DNA of 28,109 nucleotides from Corallococcus exiguus (GTDB lineage Bacteria; Myxococcota; Myxococcia; Myxococcales; Myxococcaceae): NCBI RefSeq assembly GCF_013155575.1, contig NZ_JABJTU010000116.1; one strand, 5' to 3'. Shown piece by piece: positions 25,066 to 28,109 of this stretch (position 1 is its first letter; each line of letters starts with the position of its first letter). The notes under the pieces were generated by a model. It saw only the letters and a program-made list of their open reading frames with translations, ran no database searches and was not told where the DNA came from. The position numbers and the translations under genes were made by a program.

Positions 25066-27465
25066 TCAGGCGGCGCGCGAACCCTTGTCCTCGAAGTAGG
25101 CGCGGCGGGCGCGGGCGCAGGTGGGGCACTGCCACTGCACCAGGGTGAGGTGGCGGTCGCCCAGGACGACGGCCTCGTGGCGGAGCGAGTCCCGTGGGGC
25201 CTCGCTGGTGGTGCCACAGGCGCAGCGCAGCCGGCCCAGCGTGGACAGAAGCTCCTGCGGGCTGGTGATGGGGATGGCGGACCCGGCGCTGTCGCCCCGG
25301 TGGTCCGCGTCGAACTTGCGTGCGAAGGCCCGGCGCCGGCCCCACGCGCGGCCCTTGCGCCAGAGCGCCACCGGGCCGCCCTGCGCGATGACGAACCACA
25401 GCACGAGGCACGTCGCGATGACGCCCAGGAGGATGGCACCCGCCTCGCCGGACGGAACGGATGAGGCCTGGTCGCGGGCGGCCCGGCTCCTGAGTTGGAT
25501 GGCGTAGCCGCGCTGGGCCTCGGTGGCGCGCACGGCCTTCACGTACTCGGCGATGCGCTCGGGCGGGACCGAGTCCGCGGTGCTGCGGTAGCTGTAGTCG
25601 AGCAGCAGCGTCTTGCCTTCGGCGCGGGTGTCGGCCACGAAGCGGAAGGCCGGACCGTCCACGACCTCGTACTCCGTTTTGACGGGGGGCAGCTCGCCTG
25701 CCTTCAGCGTGATGCGGTGGCGGGCGAAGACGGGGTGCTCCACCTCCAGCGGGAAGGCGCGGTGGGAGTAGTTCGGCACGGCGAGGTACTGGCGCAGGCC
25801 ATGCGCGCGGAACTCCCGGCGACCGTCCGAGGTCCAGAAGTCCTCGATGCGGTAGTGCTCCTGCGTGACGAGCGCGTTCGTCACGGTGTCGTCGTCCACC
25901 GACATGGGCTTCGCGATGGAGATGTCCGCGTCCGTCTTCGCGTAGTAGTTGAAGTAGAGGCGGGACACCTCGGACAGGGACGTGCCCGCGAGCGCGCGGC
26001 GCATGGAGTTGGCGGCCGCCCCCGTGCGAGTGGTGACGACGTCGAGTGTCGCGGCCCCGTCGCGGCCCTTCGCGACGTACGTCTCGTCCACGAAGATGGA
26101 GGGCTCCGTCAGCGTGGGCGTGGGGATGACGGAGAGCGCCGTGGTGGTGGGGGCGACGAGGAGGGCCCGGCCGTAGGAGGGCGGCTCATAGCTGTCGAGC
26201 CCGCCGCGCTCCAGCGCCGCCGTGGGATCCACCCACAGCTCGCGGCCGGCCACGGTGGCGTGGACGATGACGTGGTTGAACGCGGTGGAGGTGGGACGCA
26301 AGCCGTCCAGCAGCTGCGTGAGGTCCGTGCTCACGAGCGCCGGCTGCGCGTCGATGCCCAGCCCCTTGAGGAGCGATACCAAGAGGAGCGACTTGTCCTT
26401 GCAGTCACCGAAGCGGCGCTGGAGGACCTCGTCGGGCGGATGGGGCTGGTGGGAGTTGGGGCCCATCTCGATGCCCAGGTAGCGCACCTCGTCCTGGACG
26501 AAGCGAAGCGCGGCGAGGAAGCGCGCCTCCGAGGTGGGCTCCTTCGACAGCCGGCGGACCTCCTGCTCCAGCGACTTCGAGCGGGCGGGCACCTGGAACA
26601 GCGTGGAGGCCCAGCGCGCGACGTCGTTCCAGTCCTTGTATTCGCTGAACTGGACCCACGGGTAGACGGGCTGCCAGCCGGGCACGTCGTCCTCGTGGCG
26701 GACCGCGGGCACGTGGCGGCGCTCCAGGATGATTTCACGCTCGCCGTTCAGCATCGACTCCGAGCGCGACAGGCCCGGCGCGGCGAAGTCCCGGATGAAG
26801 AGCGTGCGCCCCCGCCCTTCCGGCCACAGCAGCCGGTAGGCGAAGTGGACCACGGGATAGGAATGGCCCACGCCAACGACGTCGGAGAAGCGTCCGCCAA
26901 AGACGGGGTTGGCGCCTTCGAAGGAGTACGCGACCTCCACGGTGTCGCCCACGCGCACGTCGCGGAGGAAGGGCACCACGGAGAGGTTGCCGTTGTAGAG
27001 CCGGTTCTGGAGCTCGGTCTCCTGCTGGATGACGCGGGCCTCGGCGGGCTGGAAGACGTCCTCGCGGCGGCCGTCGCGGATGCGCCAGATGCCGTGGACG
27101 GTGAGCTTCTGGTACGTCGGATCGAAGCGGAACTGGATGTCCGTGACGCGGTCGATGCCCCGCGGCGAGAGGACCTTCTGGGCCGAGTGCAGGTAGTGCA
27201 CGCGCGACGGGCCGGACACGCGCACCTGTTCCTCGATCAGCAGCCGGGAGACGCTGGTCTCCTCCTCGCCCTCGGGAGTCGGGCCGGGGTCTGGAGGAAT
27301 GGGAAGCGGCTTCACCCACGCGGCGGGAGGCCCGACGCGGAACGGCCTGGCGTTCGTCGCCGCCGGTGCTGCCCCCGCGCTCAAGGACAGACACAGACAC
27401 AGCAGCAGGACGGGCACCGGAAAGAAGCCCGGTGCCAGGAGGACGGAACGGAAGGTTCGGCGCAT
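25066..27465 (-). CDS. DUF3857 + transglutaminase-like cysteine protease-fold protein with signal peptide, C-terminal TM helix and cytoplasmic zinc-ribbon (CxC...CxxC)
   Basis: Start at ATG 27465 (MRRTFRSVLLAPGFFPVPVLLLCLCLSLSAGAAP). Transglutaminase core RRFGDCKDKSLLLVSLLKGLGIDAQPALV with downstream His/Asp. TM helix AILLGVIATCLVLWFVIAQ, then RCACG ... CPTC. Confidence 0.75.
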   Translation of the reverse strand: MRRTFRSVLLAPGFFPVPVLLLCLCLSLSAGAAPAATNARPFRVGPPAAWVKPLPIPPDPGPTPEGEEETSVSRLLIEEQVRVSGPSRVHYLHSAQKVLSPRGIDRVTDIQFRFDPTYQKLTVHGIWRIRDGRREDVFQPAEARVIQQETELQNRLYNGNLSVVPFLRDVRVGDTVEVAYSFEGANPVFGGRFSDVVGVGHSYPVVHFAYRLLWPEGRGRTLFIRDFAAPGLSRSESMLNGEREIILERRHVPAVRHEDDVPGWQPVYPWVQFSEYKDWNDVARWASTLFQVPARSKSLEQEVRRLSKEPTSEARFLAALRFVQDEVRYLGIEMGPNSHQPHPPDEVLQRRFGDCKDKSLLLVSLLKGLGIDAQPALVSTDLTQLLDGLRPTSTAFNHVIVHATVAGRELWVDPTAALERGGLDSYEPPSYGRALLVAPTTTALSVIPTPTLTEPSIFVDETYVAKGRDGAATLDVVTTRTGAAANSMRRALAGTSLSEVSRLYFNYYAKTDADISIAKPMSVDDDTVTNALVTQEHYRIEDFWTSDGRREFRAHGLRQYLAVPNYSHRAFPLEVEHPVFARHRITLKAGELPPVKTEYEVVDGPAFRFVADTRAEGKTLLLDYSYRSTADSVPPERIAEYVKAVRATEAQRGYAIQLRSRAARDQASSVPSGEAGAILLGVIATCLVLWFVIAQGGPVALWRKGRAWGRRRAFARKFDADHRGDSAGSAIPITSPQELLSTLGRLRCACGTTSEAPRDSLRHEAVVLGDRHLTLVQWQCPTCARARRAYFEDKGSRAA

Positions 27466-27643
27466 GGCGGAAGGGCGCACATCATGGAGCCCGGATGACG
27501 CGCCGGGCAAGGCGCCCCCTGGGACACCTGGCGCGCGGCCCCGCTTCATTCACCAGTGAAAACCGCCATGCAGGCCAAGCCTGGAATTGCCGTGACACGG
27601 GCTAGGGTTCCGGCCATCGGTTGGAAGGCCCAGGAGGCTGGCG

Positions 27644-28109
27644 ATGGTCAACGTGAGGCAGGTCGCGACGCGGCTGAAGAGTGCGTTCCTGGCGGACCCG
27701 GAGCGCTTCTATACGAACGAGACAGGGGCCTGGGTGGCGGGGATGCCGGCACCGAGCGACATCCGGGTGACGACGGGCCGTGAGCCCTTCTGGATCAACC
27801 TGGGCTACTGGAAGCACGTGGAGAAGGTGGACGACTCCAACGTGGAGCGCGTGGGGGAGCTGTTCCGGTCCGCGCAGGCGGAGATGGCGCGCCTGTTGGC
27901 GAGGACGGCGAAGCTGGGGCCTGGGGATGCCGTCTTGGACTGCGGCTTCGGGTACGCGGACCAGGACCTGCTGTGGGCGGAGGAGTTCAAGCCCGCGAGC
28001 ATCGTCGGGGTGAACATCACGCCGAACCAGGTGAAGGTGGGCCGGGAGCGCGTGAAGCTGACGGGGCTGGAGGGTGTGGTCCGGCTGGAGGTGGGGAGCG
28101 CGACGGCGC
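27644..28109 (+). CDS. Class I SAM-dependent methyltransferase (Methyltransf_11-like), 3'-truncated by the window edge
   Basis: Not in the supplied track because it runs off the end. AGGAGG at 27632-27637 is 6 nt before the ATG at 27644. Translation MVNVRQVATRLKSAFLADPERFYTNETGAWVAGMPAPSDIRVTTGREPFWINLGYWKHVEKVDD ... GDAVLDCGFGYADQDLLWAEEFKPASIVGVNITPNQVKVGRERVKLTGLEGVVRLEVGSATA contains SAM motif I (VLDCGFGYA) and the xLGYW element typical of this MT class. Confidence 0.7.
   Translation, partial: MVNVRQVATRLKSAFLADPERFYTNETGAWVAGMPAPSDIRVTTGREPFWINLGYWKHVEKVDDSNVERVGELFRSAQAEMARLLARTAKLGPGDAVLDCGFGYADQDLLWAEEFKPASIVGVNITPNQVKVGRERVKLTGLEGVVRLEVGSATA

Noticed and set aside
25495-27498. 667-aa plus-strand ORF antisense to the transglutaminase-like gene
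   Set aside because: GC artefact. The minus strand has a signal peptide, transglutaminase core and TM helix.

Overview
High-GC (~70%) chromosomal segment that looks myxobacterial (Myxococcus/Corallococcus-like). The inference rests on the MYXO-CTERM tail at 4782..6362, the RomR-like Pro-rich response regulator, an encapsulin cargo with an LTVGSLR tail, codon usage, and gene order romR - GGDEF - encC-like - hybrid HK - orphan groEL, which from memory matches the M. xanthus romR/encC/groEL2 neighbourhood; BLAST is needed to confirm. Housekeeping genes present: an aromatic amino-acid hydroxylase, valS-nadC (translationally coupled), groEL with a CIRCE operator, several two-component/c-di-GMP signalling genes, a transglutaminase-like protein and a methyltransferase running off the 3' end. 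Between the hydroxylase and nadC sits an apparent accessory island (~1.9-11.1 kb). Its central gene (7485..9761, minus) encodes a full-length homolog of the eukaryotic major vault protein, with MVP repeats, an SPFH-like shoulder, a cap-helix coiled coil and a cap-ring tail. Downstream on the same strand is a translationally coupled lipoprotein + HExxH metalloprotease (MYXO-CTERM) operon whose products share TDAG tandem repeats. Upstream, transcribed divergently, are a Cys-rich lipoprotein and a 75-aa Cys-rich secreted peptide. The island also carries a LysM/lysozyme-like/C39-peptidase wall hydrolase with no signal peptide and a lower-GC secreted protein behind a 36-bp palindrome. Many long antisense ORFs in the six-frame track are GC-content artefacts and were rejected. 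No CRISPR array, tRNA/rRNA or transposase was seen.
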